Shown here: one piece after another, positions 1 through 16,289 of the stretch | How the letters are laid out: every line of letters starts with the position of its first letter | How positions within the stretch are numbered: the first letter of the stretch is position 1 | Assembly: GCF_009914755.1 (NCBI RefSeq) | Contig: NC_060938.1 | Length of the DNA stretch: 64,000 bases | Source: the human T2T-CHM13v2.0 reference genome, Homo sapiens | Direction: 5' to 3' (one strand) | The notes under the pieces: generated by a model | Seen by the model: only the letters and a program-made list of their open reading frames with translations | Databases searched by the model: none | What the model was told of the DNA's origin: nothing | Position numbers and translations under genes: made by a program

Positions 1-795
1 ATTGATCAACGTCCGTTCCAGCGGGTTCCTGGCATCCGAGGCCTGCTCTGTGTCCCGGGAGAAGGGATTGTGGTGCAATGGAAAGCTCCCAGGGCACACT
101 GCGGGGGCCCCACAGAGCTCAGGATGCAGACGGGCTTCACCTGCTGAACCTGGATAAGCCCCTGCGTGTAGCAGAGCTCGTTTCCTCTCTGGAAAGCTGG
201 AAAATGCCAAGGCTCACAGACACTAAGACAACAACAGAGGAAGAGTCCTGCCGAGGCCACCAGGACACCATGCTGACTTGTTGCTGACCATTGCTATTTT
301 GTGTGTAAATTTTTATTAAATCAGTTATCACTCTTTTGTGCAGTCATAGAAAAGAAAATATAAGCAAAATAAATGTCAATATTCTGGGCTTGGCTCTTCC
401 TCATCACAGTTTTTCCATGTCTTAATTTTTTTCTAATGAAGGAAAATGTAAATACATAAAATGAGAGAAAATAGGCTGATGAGCCCCCAGGTGATACTCA
501 TCAACCCTGGCCTCATCCAATCCCCCATTACTACACTCCCTCCAGATTATTATGGGACAAACTCCGGACATCGTAGACTTTCCTCTGTAGACGTGCAGAC
601 ACTTCAGTTTGTGTCTGCAGAAGATAACGTACCCTTTGTTTTGAACATCATCCTAATAATGGATTGCACCTAAAAAATAACAATGACTTAATAGTACCAT
701 GGAAATATCTACTCAATGTTTAAAGGTCCTTATTTTTCTATAGTTGCTTTGTTCAAATCATCCCAACAAAGCTCATCTTTGCATTTGGTTGGCAT

Positions 796-1525
<730 letters not shown>

Positions 1526-1890
1526 GTCTGAGATAGCATGTCTCTTAATCTCTGTTAATCCATTTGTTATCCTTCCCTCACTTCTTCTCTTGCAATACAT
1601 TTCTGGATGAAACTGGGTCATTTGTCCTGTAGAGTTCTTTGCATTTTGCTGTTTGCATTTTTATAGTGTCATTTAGCCTTGCTTGTCCCTTGTATTTCCT
1701 GCAAACTGGTAGTCAGACTGAGAGCTGTTTTGACAACCCAAAGAGAAAGCGTACCGAGAAGACTGTCAGTCAGTGTGAATTTCCCTTAAAGAGGGTTTGG
1801 AAAAGAGTTAGGGGACACTAGGGACGGGTGTCAACAGACCAGCTCTGTTACCGACCCACTGTATACGCCATTTGGGGTGGAACAGTGGGG

Positions 1891-2181
<291 letters not shown>

Positions 2182-3649
2182 TGAACACAGTGTTTTCGTC
2201 CGTTACATGGGGAAGGGAGTAAGGGAGATGGACCATGAGGTCTCAAAGCTCTTCTATGGGGCTGCTTTCTGGAATCAGTGACTAATACGCCTCCAGGGAC
2301 ATCTCTGCTTAGCGCAATAAACTCAGCCCAGCCTCTCCAACTCAATAACCGAAGACAACGGGTCTACCCAGTACAAGGAGGCCCCAGCTCCCTGCACAAT
2401 CACTGTTGGACCCTTAACAGGGCACTCAGGAATGGGGCTTGGGAAGCCCACCTGGGTTGCAGATTTCCCAATGAGGTTTAGATCCACCTGCCTCCTGGTC
2501 ACATTGACTGGAACATTTGTTCCCAAGGCCCCAGTGAGTCCTGGTTCTCTTCTTCAATAACTCCAGAGAGGGCAGCAGCAGAGCTCCCTGTGAACAATTC
2601 ACAGCTTTTTTTTCCCTTCTCTTTCCTTTCCTTTTCTTCATTCCTTCTCTCCCCTCACATCTCCCCTTCTCTCTCCGCTCTTTTCCCCTCTTGGATAATC
2701 AATTCTGTCATTTTTTCAGTGCACTAGGGGGAGCTGCTATTTAACAAAACCTGCAGGACGCTTCTCAGCTTGAAGAGCTGGTTTTGCCCCATGGGGAAGG
2801 ATTGGGTCACAGCAGAGTTGCGTAAAGCAGGGTCCGCCTCCATTGAATTGGCTCCATTACCCGCAACGCACAAATACCGGGGTCGGGAGACCTGGATTCG
2901 AGTTCTTTCTCTGCCCTCACCAGCTACGGGAGGCTCCTTTCTGCCTCTGGCCTGGTGTCCTCAGGGACCGTTTGTCCAGTGGTTAGGTGTGTGGTTCTAA
3001 ATCCCAACCCTGCCACTTGTCTGCTGTGTAAACATGGGCAAATTAGCCCAACCTCTCTGAGTCTTCCTATAAGTAAAATAAGGCAGACAGCCCCCACCTC
3101 CCTCTTTGCACAGAGCCCAGAGCACAGTAAAACACTCCATCATACCATGATGGCTGAGATAAGGTCAGCCTTATTTTAAGGTAAAGGGTGGGGCAGGCAC
3201 AGGGAGGTGGAGAAGAACAGCGGAGAGGCAAACACGCCTGGAGCCTGGCCCTGACTTTGGAGCCAGCAGAGGAGAACCAGGATGTGTGGTCGTGGTCTGT
3301 GCTTCACTCCGGGCCATGGCAAAGGGGCTCTGGAGCTTTCCCTGGTGTAGGAGGGTTAGGGGACCCAGGTGGCCTCTGTCAAGGCTCCAGGGAAGCATCT
3401 CCTCCCTTCAGGTCTCCGACGTGGCTGGGACCTGCTGGACCCTCTGCTCACGCCTGTAGGCCCAGGATTGAGGCAGCCTGGAAAAAGGAGCACTCATCTC
3501 CTGCTTCCGAGTCTTCCACCACCCCGAGCAGCTCAACACCAGCATCTGGGGCCTCGGGAGCCACTGGTCCCTTCTGGGGATGGGCTTGGGAGATCCTCGC
3601 CCTGTGTCAGGGGTGACTCGGAAAAGCAGTTGGTGGGCAGGGAGGGTGC

Positions 3650-5038
<1,389 letters not shown>

Positions 5039-5350
5039 GGCCAGGCATGGTGGCTCACCTATATAATCCCAGCACTTCGGGAAGCTGAGGCTGGAGGGCT
5101 GCTTGAGGCCAGGAATTCAAGACCAGCCTGGGCAGCATAGCGAGACCTTGTCTCTACAAAAAATTTAAAAATTAGCCTAGCGTGGTGGTTCCCACCTGTA
5201 GTCCCAGCTACTTGGGATGCTGGGCGGGGAGGATCACTTCAGCTCAGGAGGTCAAAGCTGCAGTGAGACATGGTTGTGTCACAGTACTCCAGTCTGGGTG
5301 ACAGAGCAAGACCTTGTGCCCCACCAAAAAAAAAGAATGAATGAATGGAA
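5039..5350 (+). mobile_element. AluJ
   Basis: Full dimer; TSD AGAAAAGTCTACTGTC on both sides. Confidence 0.9.
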
Positions 5351-5884
5351 AGAAAAGTCTACTGTCTGCTGGTAATAAGAAGTTTGGCTTTTCTTAACCT
5401 CACAAATTCAGACTGTTGTTCCAAAATACTTGTCATTTGTCATGAGTATTGTTTTTTCTTTTTTACCATTAAAAGTTCTTTCATCATTTTCCAACAGTCA
5501 GATATGAGTATCCCTATTATACAGAGGGGAAAACCAAGGCTCAGATACATTACATCATGTCATGCCATGTAATGTACATGTCACATACATGACATCTCAG
5601 GGTCCCCAGGATTTCAGCCCAGGTCTCCTGACTCCAAGTATAGTGTTCTTGAAATCTGTGCTTTATTTATTTATTTATTTATTTTTGCTTTGCCTGTCTT
5701 CAAGTGTCTCCACAGGATCCCTTACAGCTGCAAACCATCCATTAGGGTCTGCCTCAGTGATGCCACTGTGTCCATTTATCTGTTTACTCCCACACACCAC
5801 TACTACATCATCTTAATTATTATTTTTTTTATATTTTCATATTAGGTTATGCTCATTTCTTTTTTTCCACTTTTTTTTTTTTAA

Positions 5885-6067
<183 letters not shown>

Positions 6068-6379
6068 TAAAAGATAAAATTTAAATAAAGGTAAACATTT
6101 TAAATTTTAAAACACAGAACTTTACTGCTATTTCATTTCATTTGCTCAGTATTCACATTTTCTCTTATCTCCTTCAGTCAGCATTTTCCAATCATCCGTT
6201 CCCCAGAGATTCTACAATATCTTTCTAAAGAGGTCCCTCCCCTCAGAGATTCACTGGACTCGTAAGTTACACTATCTTCAGATAAGGTTACTGTGTCTAT
6301 TCCTTTCTGAGAGCTGTAACTTTTATGATTATATCTTGCTTAGTGACCAGAACCTCCAAAACACTATCTAATAATCGTG

Positions 6380-7098
<719 letters not shown>

Positions 7099-8904
7099 CC
7101 TTTGTGAGGAGATGAGTCTGAAACTGAGACCTAAAGTGTGAGAAGTGGCCAGTCATGGGGAGAGCCACTGACAGGCAGCTGAGAAGCTGAATTCCAGGGA
7201 AGAGTGTGAGGAATGGGGATCTGGACAGAGGAAAGGGCACGTGCAAAGGCCCTGTGGTAGGAAGGAGCTTGCTAAGTTTGAGGCTGAAAGTGCATGTTTT
7301 GTTTTGGAAATGGTGAGGGCTTTTTGAGTGGGAGGGAAGGAAGGTGAGGGTTGAAGTGTGAAGGGCTTTGAATGCAACCCCAACGTGCTTAGATTTTATC
7401 CTGTAGGTAGTGGGAATCTGTAGGCAGATTCTGAGCCAAGGAGAAACAGAACACAACAATGGCAATGATGGTGTCCTATACTGTGCACCCAGGGAGCTAA
7501 CTTCAGAGTAAATCTCACAGAAAGGCAGCCCTGGAGCCTCCCTGATCACTTCACCATCCCTTGGGGGCTCTGGTGCCCCTGTTGGTGATTGGAGCCACTG
7601 AGGTTTTCAGCAGGGGAGAGCCTTGGCCAGATCAGCTTTTTAGAAAGACCTGCAGGCAGTAACACAGCAGACATGTAGAGGACATCAAGATAGGGACAGC
7701 GAGATGGTAGGGGCAGGATAGGGGTGGCAATCGTTCTGGTACAAAGTCATATGGGCCTGACCTTGGTGGCCGTGGGTGGAGAGGGTAGCAAATTGCTGAG
7801 TAATTAGGAGATAAAATGGAAAACTCAGGGGGCTGGGGAGTATAATGGAAAGAATTTTAATTACAAAAGTAATATTCGAAAATGAGGTAATTAAAAATGA
7901 TACAGTTGACTCGAAGGCGAAGGCTTAGGAATAAGACATTCTTGGAATGGCAAGGAAGTCCATCTCTCTGAGAGGCAGTTCCAGCACCTGTGAGCTGAAG
8001 GTGTGCCTACACCCATGCAATTGTTGGGAGGAAAAAAATAGGGAACATAGAATTCATCACGTTCCCTCTCTCTCAGACCTTTAAGCTGAAAGGGCTGAGC
8101 CAGGAAGGCGTGCTGTCATTTTTATCATTCTGCAAACCGAGTTGCTGGGGGCCCGAAAGCCTTGTGTTTAGAAGAAGCGTGCTTTCCAGGTAAGCAGAGA
8201 GCGGCGGAGCCAATCGCCATCAGAGGCGTTAAGTGGTTTCTGAACGGCTGCAGCATGATTAAATTAACCACTTAACCAAATTGCTTTCTATTGCCTTGAT
8301 CAGATGCAATTGCAAGGAGATAAAGGGGCTTAATGTGAAAAGCATGGCTGGCCTGAGGACTAATGAATTAACTGTTCCCTTCCCCACGCAGCCTCCTGCC
8401 TGCTGGCACCCAGCTGGCTCACTGGTCCCCTCTCCTGCCTGCCTATTCCCTGGGCCGAGAGCACTCATGTCATGGAGATCATGGCACCAGGAGGATGGCC
8501 AGCATGGGTCCCTCGTTGCATGCAGCCCTGGCATTTCCCCCTCGTTAGCATTTTCTCCCCACAGCTGACAGTGGTCAGGTGATTCTCTCAGGAAAAAGAC
8601 AGCATGGTGGAGCGAGAAGAATTATCACTCAGAGCTTGGGCTCTGGGGCCAGCTCCCACTCCAGTTAGTGCTAGTCCTTACTAGCATGGGGCCTCAGGCA
8701 AGCAACTTAGTCACAAACAGAGCTCCAGGACCTAAGCACTTGTGCACACCAAGAGCCTCACTAGGTACTTTCCCACGTTATCTCTGCACTTGTTCAAGCT
8801 CCCCTCAGCTCTGGGAGAGTGGATGTCTTATTGACCTCTGTGTCACCAGCTCTGAGTTTAGGGACTGGCACACAGCAGGCTCTCAGGAAATGAGCTGTGC
8901 AAAA

Positions 8905-9225
8905 TGATGGGTACATGGGAAAATGAATAGTTGGGAAAGTGATTAGGTGGAAGAAAATGGATAAATGAAGAAATGGAGGATTAATAGATGAGTGGAAGGA
9001 TGAGTGAAGTGATGGATGCATAGATGAACTGACAGAAGAAAGGATGGATGGCTCATGGACAGAAGGATGAAGGATGGAAAGATGGAGGGCAGGAAGAATA
9101 AAAGGATGGATGAATGGATAAGTAGATGGATGGAAGGAAGGGTAGATAGATGCATAGAAGGATGAATGATGTTTGGATGGATGGATGGAAGGAAGGATGA
9201 AAGGATGGATGGATGGGTGGAAAGA
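8905..9225 (+). repeat. Degenerate (TGGA)n simple repeat
   Basis: Read directly. Confidence 0.9.
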
Positions 9226-9719
9226 AGAATACTTACAGATTCTGCTCCTCACACAGAGGTAGTGGTCTGAGAGGTCAGCCCAGCCTTTTTTGTCTAAAGC
9301 CATCCGTCACATGCCTGGAAGTGACCCAGTTGTCCTGAACTTAAGTCTCTCTCATGCCCATCTTACAATCATGGGTTAGACTTTTAGGTAATCTCTAAGG
9401 TCTTCATATCAGTTCCTCCCCAGTGAGACATTAATTCTCACTGGAGGGAGAATGATAATAGTTATCATTGTATCCAGTTTTATAGTTTGAAAGAATATAC
9501 ATGAGCATCATTTCATGTGAGCCCCAAACAACCCCGTGAGAATTGCAGGGCAGCAATATTATTATCGTCCCCATTCCACAGATAGTATTGCGTGGTATTT
9601 AGAACATGTACGCTGGAGCCAAGTGCCACTGAGGAGCTCCCTAAACCTCTCTGTGCTTCTGCTTCCTCATCCAAAACATGGGTAGAGCAATACTTGCATG
9701 AGGGCTATGTGAGGATTCA

Positions 9720-11030
9720 TAAGATCATTCATTCACTCATCCACATAGGAGCCTACCACATGCTGTGCACTGTTCTAGGCACCAGAGGTGCAGCAGGAAG
9801 AAAAAATCGTAACCCCTACCCTCATGGAGCTAATAGTCTAATGGAGGAAGACAATGATGTATAAATAGGTGGGAAGCTCTAAAGAGTGACAGCTGGTGAT
9901 GTGTTCTAGAGAACGATGAGGCAGAGAGGGCCTTACCTGGAAGGTGACATTCGAGTCCAGACCTGAAGGAGATGAAGGAATGAGCCAGGTGTGTATCTAG
10001 GACGTTGCGTTCCAGGCAGAAGGCATGATAAATGCAAATTCTGTGATACAGAAGCAGAGCTGGTGTGTTTGAGGGGTGGTATGGATGCAGTAGGGGAAGA
10101 AGATTGGAGATGATGTCAGAGAAGTAACAGCGGCAGGGGGTGAAGATCATGTATGGTCTTCAGGGTCACTGTGAGGCCCTCAGATTCCACAGTGAGTGAG
10201 ATAAGAAGCCATGGGAAGGTTTTGCACAGAGAAGTGACACGATCTGAATAAAGTCTTAAAAGGACCACTCTGGCGGTTGGGTTGAGAAGAGACAGTAGGG
10301 GTGGAGGACAACAGCGGAGTGAACTGTTAGCAGGCAAGAGCCAGGTGGCTTGAATCAGAGTGGTAGCCATGGAGGTGGAGAAAAGTGGGTGGATTCTGAA
10401 TACGTTTTGAAGGTAGAGCCATGGGGATACTGAGGAGTTGGATGTGGGTAAGAGAGAAAGAAGTCAAGGACGGCTCCATCATCTTTGGCCTGAGTGCCTG
10501 GAAGGATGGAGTTGCTGATTCTTCAGATGGGGAGAACTTCAAGGATCACATTTTGAGGGGAAGGAAAGGCATTTGCCATGAAATGAATGGGATCATTAAG
10601 GGAGTTATAACAGAGGAGGAGCCCTAGGTCTGAGGTTGGGGAGATATGGAGGAGCCAGCTATGGAGAGTGAGAAGGAGCCATCACTGGGGTAGAAGGAAA
10701 GCCAAGAGACTAAGGTTCCTGGAAGCCAGGAGAAGAATGTGTTTCCAAAAAAAGTGCATGTGTCAAATGTTGCCAAGATCTAGTAAGCTGATGACTGACA
10801 CTGGCCCTAGATTTAGCAATGCAGAGGTCACTGGCAACTTCCTTCAGCACAGTGTTGGTGGATTAGTGAAAGCCTGATTGGAGGTGGTGCAAGAGAGCAT
10901 GTGAGAAGAGGAAACAGACTGGTATAGTGGATCACTCTTGTGGGAGTCTTTGTTATAAAGAAAGGGAGGTGAAGTAGAATCAAGGGAGTTTCTTGCTTTC
11001 TTTTTCAGATGGGAGAAATTACATGTTCAT
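9720..11030. mobile_element. Long L2 fragment (further L2 pieces at ~7100-7840 and ~11150-11700)
   Basis: Begins with a CATTCATT L2 tail and continues with L2-typical purine-rich sequence. Confidence 0.65.
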
Positions 11031-11049
11031 ATATTGAAGGAAACAATGG

Positions 11050-11150
11050 AATCCATCCACCCACTCATTCATCCATCCATCCATCCATCCAAGCATCCAT
11101 CCATCCATCCACCCATCCATTCATTCAACCATTCATCTATCCATCCTACC
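11050..11150 (+). repeat. (CATC)n simple repeat
   Basis: Read directly. Confidence 0.9.
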
Positions 11151-12121
11151 AACACTTTCTGGGCACCCCTATGTGCAGGCCCTGAGCTTGGAGCTGGGGT
11201 GAATAAGCCATCTGCCTCACAGAACTCACAAGCTGAGAGTGAGACAAAGACAAATCAATACTATTAATGGCAAAGTGTGATGAGTGCTGTAGTCAAGGGG
11301 TGTGCAAAGGATTATGGGAGTACAGAGTATAGGGTGCCTGGAGAAACTAAGAAGGCTTCACCATGGAGGTTGATCTTAGGGTCTTAAAAAAAGAAGAGTT
11401 TGTTTTGTAGACAAGAGAGGGGTGGCATTACGGAGAGATAAATGCTTATGCAAAAGAAAAGATGCATGGAACTGGGGAGGGCTTAGCTTGGAGCCAGGTT
11501 CAGAAGGCCTTCTATTCCTTCCTGCAGACATAAGGAAGCCCACGGAAGATCTCAGGCAAGACAGTGATATAACTAAGCATGACTTTTAGGAACAGGGGCC
11601 ATCCTGAAGGATGGGCTCAGGTGTGGAGAGGAGGGCATGGTCAGGCTATAGGTGATAGCTGAAGTCATGAGCATGAATGAGAACACCCAGAAGGAAGGTG
11701 TAGAATGTGAGGCCAAGAGGGAGCCTGAGGGAACACCAGCCTGGAAAGAGAGGGAGCAGTCAAAAGAGGTGGGGTCAAAAGAAGAGGGGAGCAGTCAAAA
11801 GAGATGGGGTCAACAGAAAAGAGGAGCAGTCAAAAGAGGTGGGCCCCTCCACTGCCTCCAGCTCTGGTCCGTGCCCTGCCCTCCCTCCATCTCAGTGAAC
11901 TGGCTCAACCTTCCCACTTCCTGGGGTTCTAGGAGGCACCTGGCCCAGCCTCCATTACTGCAGGACATCCCTCCTCAGCACCCAGCTTCAGCCTGGACAC
12001 TCCCAGGGACTGGAGAGAAGAACTGCCTAGTTGGAAGCATTCTGGTTGCCCTTCAGGGGAAGTCTTGGCCTCCCTTCATCCTCCTACTCCTCTGCTCAAC
12101 CCCAGCCTGGCCCTGGCTGCC

Positions 12122-12468
12122 TGCGATGGTTTCAACATATGACCCGAAAAGTATTATGTTGAAACCTAATCATTGGTGTGATGGTATTAGGAGGTAGGGC
12201 CATTGGGGGGTAATTAGGTCATAGGGGCATGGGATTAGTGCCCTTATAAGAGAGGCCCCAGAGAGCTGCCTTGCCCCTTCCACCATGTGAGGACACTGTG
12301 AGAATATGGCCATCTATGAACCAAAAGCAGGCCCTCACCAGATATTGGATCCACTGGCACCTTGATCTTGGAATTCCCAGCCCCCAGAACCATGAGAAGT
12401 AAATGTGAGTTGTTTATGCCACCCAGTCTAAGGCATTCTGTTATATCAGCCCAAAAGGACTAAGGCAC
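12122..12468 (+). mobile_element. MLT1A-type MaLR solo LTR
   Basis: TG...ATGGTTT start, CCATGTGAGGACAC core, GGACTAAGGCA end. Confidence 0.75.
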
Positions 12469-14164
12469 TATCCATGCAGTCTCAACCCCAGTGGGCCCTG
12501 GAGAGGCGGTTCCCCTGGCCCTCAGAGTTGGAATTCTCTGTTTGAAAAAGAAATGACATTATTGTTTTTGCAAATTGAAAAAGTAACACGTGCTTGCTTT
12601 ATTTTAAAAATTAAATAGTAGAGAAAGATAGAAAGATAATTGAAATTTGCAATCCCCTTCCAGAGTGAAAATCACTGTTTCTGTTTTCCATGTGTACCCT
12701 TGCAGAATGTTTTTAAGCAACAGGCACATGCACGCACACACATATCTTGTTAAATGAAAACAGCAACACACTCTACATGCTGTTCTGTAACCTGCTTGTG
12801 TCTTTCACTTACATTATGAGAATGTTCCCCTGTCAGTACGCTCAGATCTCTATCATTATTTTATCAGCTGCAGAATATTCTGTTGTAAGAAAGGGCCTTC
12901 CTTTAATCACACCCCTCTGATAGATACTGTGGTTCAGCACCCCTCCCAAAAACCTTTCCTATTATAAATAGTGCTCTGTATACATCCTTGCTCATAAATC
13001 TTTGAGCAATAAAATTGGACTGCTTAAACTTGGGGGTTAATGTGACCCTCTGACTCACGTCATAAAGGAAATTGATTTTTATTTTCAAAGTCAATGGTGA
13101 GTAAATGAACAATGGTTGCCAGGCAACCTGTGAGCAGGGATTGAGTAGAGACTAAAGCAAACAGCAGCCTCCACCCGCCACCCCAGGAACCTCGTGCTTC
13201 TAGGTAATGAATCTCCCACCACAGCTCCACTGGATGGAACCGCCCCAGCTTCCTCCAGCCCAAACTGCTGCACCCACCACCCAGAGAAATGGAAGTCAAG
13301 GACTCAGCAGTCCAAGGCAGCCCTTCTGAAGCAACTTCAGGGGCTCAGCAAATATTTGTTGAGAACCTCCTCTGTGCCTGGCTGGATCAGGGTGGGGCTG
13401 TAGAGCTGCACATCATAGTCTGCATCCGGGTCAGCCCTGAATCTCAGGCACTGGAAGGTCAGGGTTAGGAATCTGGGGTTGATATCCTGTAGCATCTGTA
13501 GTGTAAATCAGCAGTTTTCAATGTATTTACTGTTTCTCTTTCTGCCTCAGGTTACCCTGATGGGCAGGACCCACTCCCATCACTAAGAGAACATCAAAAG
13601 GGCAGGTGTGGGGGTGGATAGGAAGATCAGGATCTCTGAAAGGGTAAGTGTTTGATAAAATCCCCTTCCCTGTCCCCACAGCCTGGGACTCCTGGCACCC
13701 TGGGGAAGGGCTGTGCCTTCAGGGCTCGCCTTAGACCAGGAGAAGCCATGGAAAGATTTTCAGGAGAGGAGGAGTGGAGGTAAATCTACAGTTCAGCACT
13801 TCTCCCTCCACACAGTGGAAGGATTGACAGGCGATTGATTGGCAGGGGAGGTGCCCTAGTTTCTATCAGGAAAAGAAACCCTATGACCTGCATGAGCTCT
13901 AGGCATTGTGTGGGAAAGAGCAGAGAGAGCCAAGAAGCTCCCAGGGGGAGTGGACAGCACCCAGTGAAAGGAGAGACACTGAGGGAGGGGACAAGGATGC
14001 TCCTGCAGCCCCAGGGGAAGGAAGCCAGTTATCAGAGCCAGGTTCCAATCCTGCCTCAGCTACTACATCCCTCCCTGCCCTAAAGCTTAACAATCATAAT
14101 CACACAAAAGTCATCCTCAGTCTCAGGTGTGGGCTGGGACTTTACACATTTTCTCATTTAACAC

Positions 14165-14850
14165 TGAAACCACCTTTGCAAAGATGATGACAGTGAGAGA
14201 GTCCAGCATGGCTAACTCCATCTTGTTTCTAGCCCCACAGGCTGGCTGTCCTCACTCTTTCCCGAACGTAGGCCAAGCAAACCTGGGGAGGAACTTAGTT
14301 TATAGTTTAACTTTGAAGCAAGGATGATAATAGTCCCTCCCTAAAACTAACCCCTGAAACCACCTTTGTAAAACTAATGAAAGCCTACTAGATTAGAAAT
14401 GTGGGAAGGGCCTGAATTCTGCTAAAATGTCCGCATAGTTAGATGATAACCAGTCATTGCTCAGCATCACTATTGTAGAACCTAAGATTGGTCTTTTGAG
14501 ATGTTTTTCAGAAATTTGCATTGTGGTAACCTACAGACTCCACCTGGACCCATGATTCATGACTCAACCAGTCCACCCAGAAGCTGACTCAGAGCATAAG
14601 GAGCATTTTCCACACCCCTAGGATTTCATCTCCAACCAATCAGCATTCCCCATTCTCTAGCCCCTGTCCACCAAACTATTCTTTAAAAACCTTAGCTCTA
14701 AGCTTTATTTATTTATTTAAGTAATACACTCCTGTCTTCCACTTAGCTGGTTCTGTATTTATTAAACTCTTTCTCTACTGCCATACCGCTGTCTCAGTAA
14801 ATTAGCTCTATCTGTGCAGTAGGCAAGAAGAACTGGTCAGGTGGTTAAAA
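14165..14850 (+). mobile_element. ERV1 solo LTR (LTR8-family)
   Basis: Starts TGAAACCACCTTTGCAAA; contains CCAAT, TATA-like and ATTAAA elements. Confidence 0.75.
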
Positions 14851-14866
14851 CACTACAGATAGGCAT

Positions 14867-15294
14867 TGTTAAACAAAACAATGGACTAAGCCCCTGCACT
14901 AGGCTCCAACAGAACAGACAAAATCAAAATGGAGTCACTCATGCTAAATGTCATATAATCAAACTGAAACTCTAAGGAAGCTGATAAATCCTAAAACAGA
15001 CCTTTTTTTTTCCTGAAAACAGGAAATTTCAGTCTACCAGAGTCAACCTAGTAAGAAAGTTGCCTCTTCTTTGACCTTTATGAGAAAGTAACCTGAAGTA
15101 ACCTGACATTAATGAATCAGCTTCTCTTCTACTATTCTGTTTCCTTACTCCCACCTTACAAAGCTCACTGCTCTGCTTGCCCTAGTGAGAGAACTCATTC
15201 TATTGTGTAGAGTAGAGTCAGCCATGATTCATGAATTATGAATAAAAGACAATTAGATCTATAACTAAGTTTGCTGTAATTTTATCTTTTGACA
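14867..15294 (+). mobile_element. ERV1/MER4-group solo LTR (MER31/LTR37-like)
   Basis: TG...CA termini, CAAAATGGAGTCAC motif, AATAAA near the 3' end, GCAT/GCAC target duplication. Confidence 0.6.
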
Positions 15295-15301
15295 GCACTA
15301 T

Positions 15302-15722
15302 TGATATGGTTTGGATGTTTGTCCCCTCCAAATCTCATATTGAAATGTAATCCCCAGTGTTGAAGTTGGGGCCAAGTAGGAGTGGTGTGGGTCATAGGGG
15401 CAGATCCCTCATGAATGGCTTCGTGCCCTCCCTCACAGGAATGAGTAGTTCCCACTCTACTATTCATGCAAGAGTTGGTTGTTTAGAAGAGGCCCGGCAT
15501 CTCTCTTGCTGTCTCTCTCTCACTATGTGACACGCTGGCTCCCTTCGCCTTCTGCCATGATTAGATGCTTCCTGAAGCCCTCGCCAGAGGCAGATGCTGG
15601 CATCATGCTTCTGGTGCCATGCTTGTACAGTCTGCAGAACAATAAGCCAAATAAATCTCTTTTCTTTAGAAATTACCCAGCCTCAGGCATTCCTTTATAG
15701 CAACACAAAATGTACTAACACA
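15302..15722 (+). mobile_element. MST (MSTA/B) MaLR solo LTR
   Basis: TGATATGGTTTGG start, ACTAACACA end, 5-bp TSD ACTAT. Confidence 0.85.
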
Positions 15723-16289
15723 ACTATTATCGCCCCTATTTTACAGATGTGGAAACTGAGAATCAGGATATTTTGTTGTCTTAGCCAAGGAAAAATAGCA
15801 AGTATTGTGGTGGAGATTTGAGGCCATCTGGTCCAGTGTCTTTGCTTTTTCCTACACCACTTTTTAAAGATGAGGTTTTAAAAAATGGCCCTAGTTCCTG
15901 AATACTTGCTGTTGGGAGTAGCTGTGTTAGGAAGAGAGCTTTGGCCCATGTCCTACCACATATGACTTCAGCCCTGCCTCTCTGGCCCACAGCCTGTCAC
16001 CCTGTCAGAGAAGGAAATCAGAGTCCACCAAAGTTACAGTAATGCCCCCTAGATGGCCAAAGAGAGAAGTAGACAAGAGTCCATTGCCATGGTGTTCAGC
16101 TTAGACTGGTGGGCTGGAGGCTGTTCTCAGGGTCCTACCAGCCCCACAGCTCTGGGGGAGGAGTTGGTGCAGCCACTCACAGGGGTGGGAGAGACAGCCA
16201 GATGGGGCTGGCTCATGCAGGCAGGGGTGGGTAAGCCTTTCTCTCCAGGATGTCAGGGTTATTAGGAGGGTGCCCAAGTCACTACCACA

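Noticed and set aside
1-380. 69-aa ORF ending in CC followed by AATAAA at 368-373; possible terminal exon or pseudogene
   Set aside because: I recognise no protein similarity in any frame and the upstream context is outside the window; a BLAST search would be needed.
8794-9303. 169-aa His/Pro/Ser-rich ORF
   Set aside because: Translation of the (TGGA)n simple repeat.
9420-9444. 9-bp hairpin CCAGTGAGA-N7-TCTCACTGG (and a 10-bp one at 5546-5576)
   Set aside because: Short enough to arise by chance in 64 kb; too small for a pre-miRNA.
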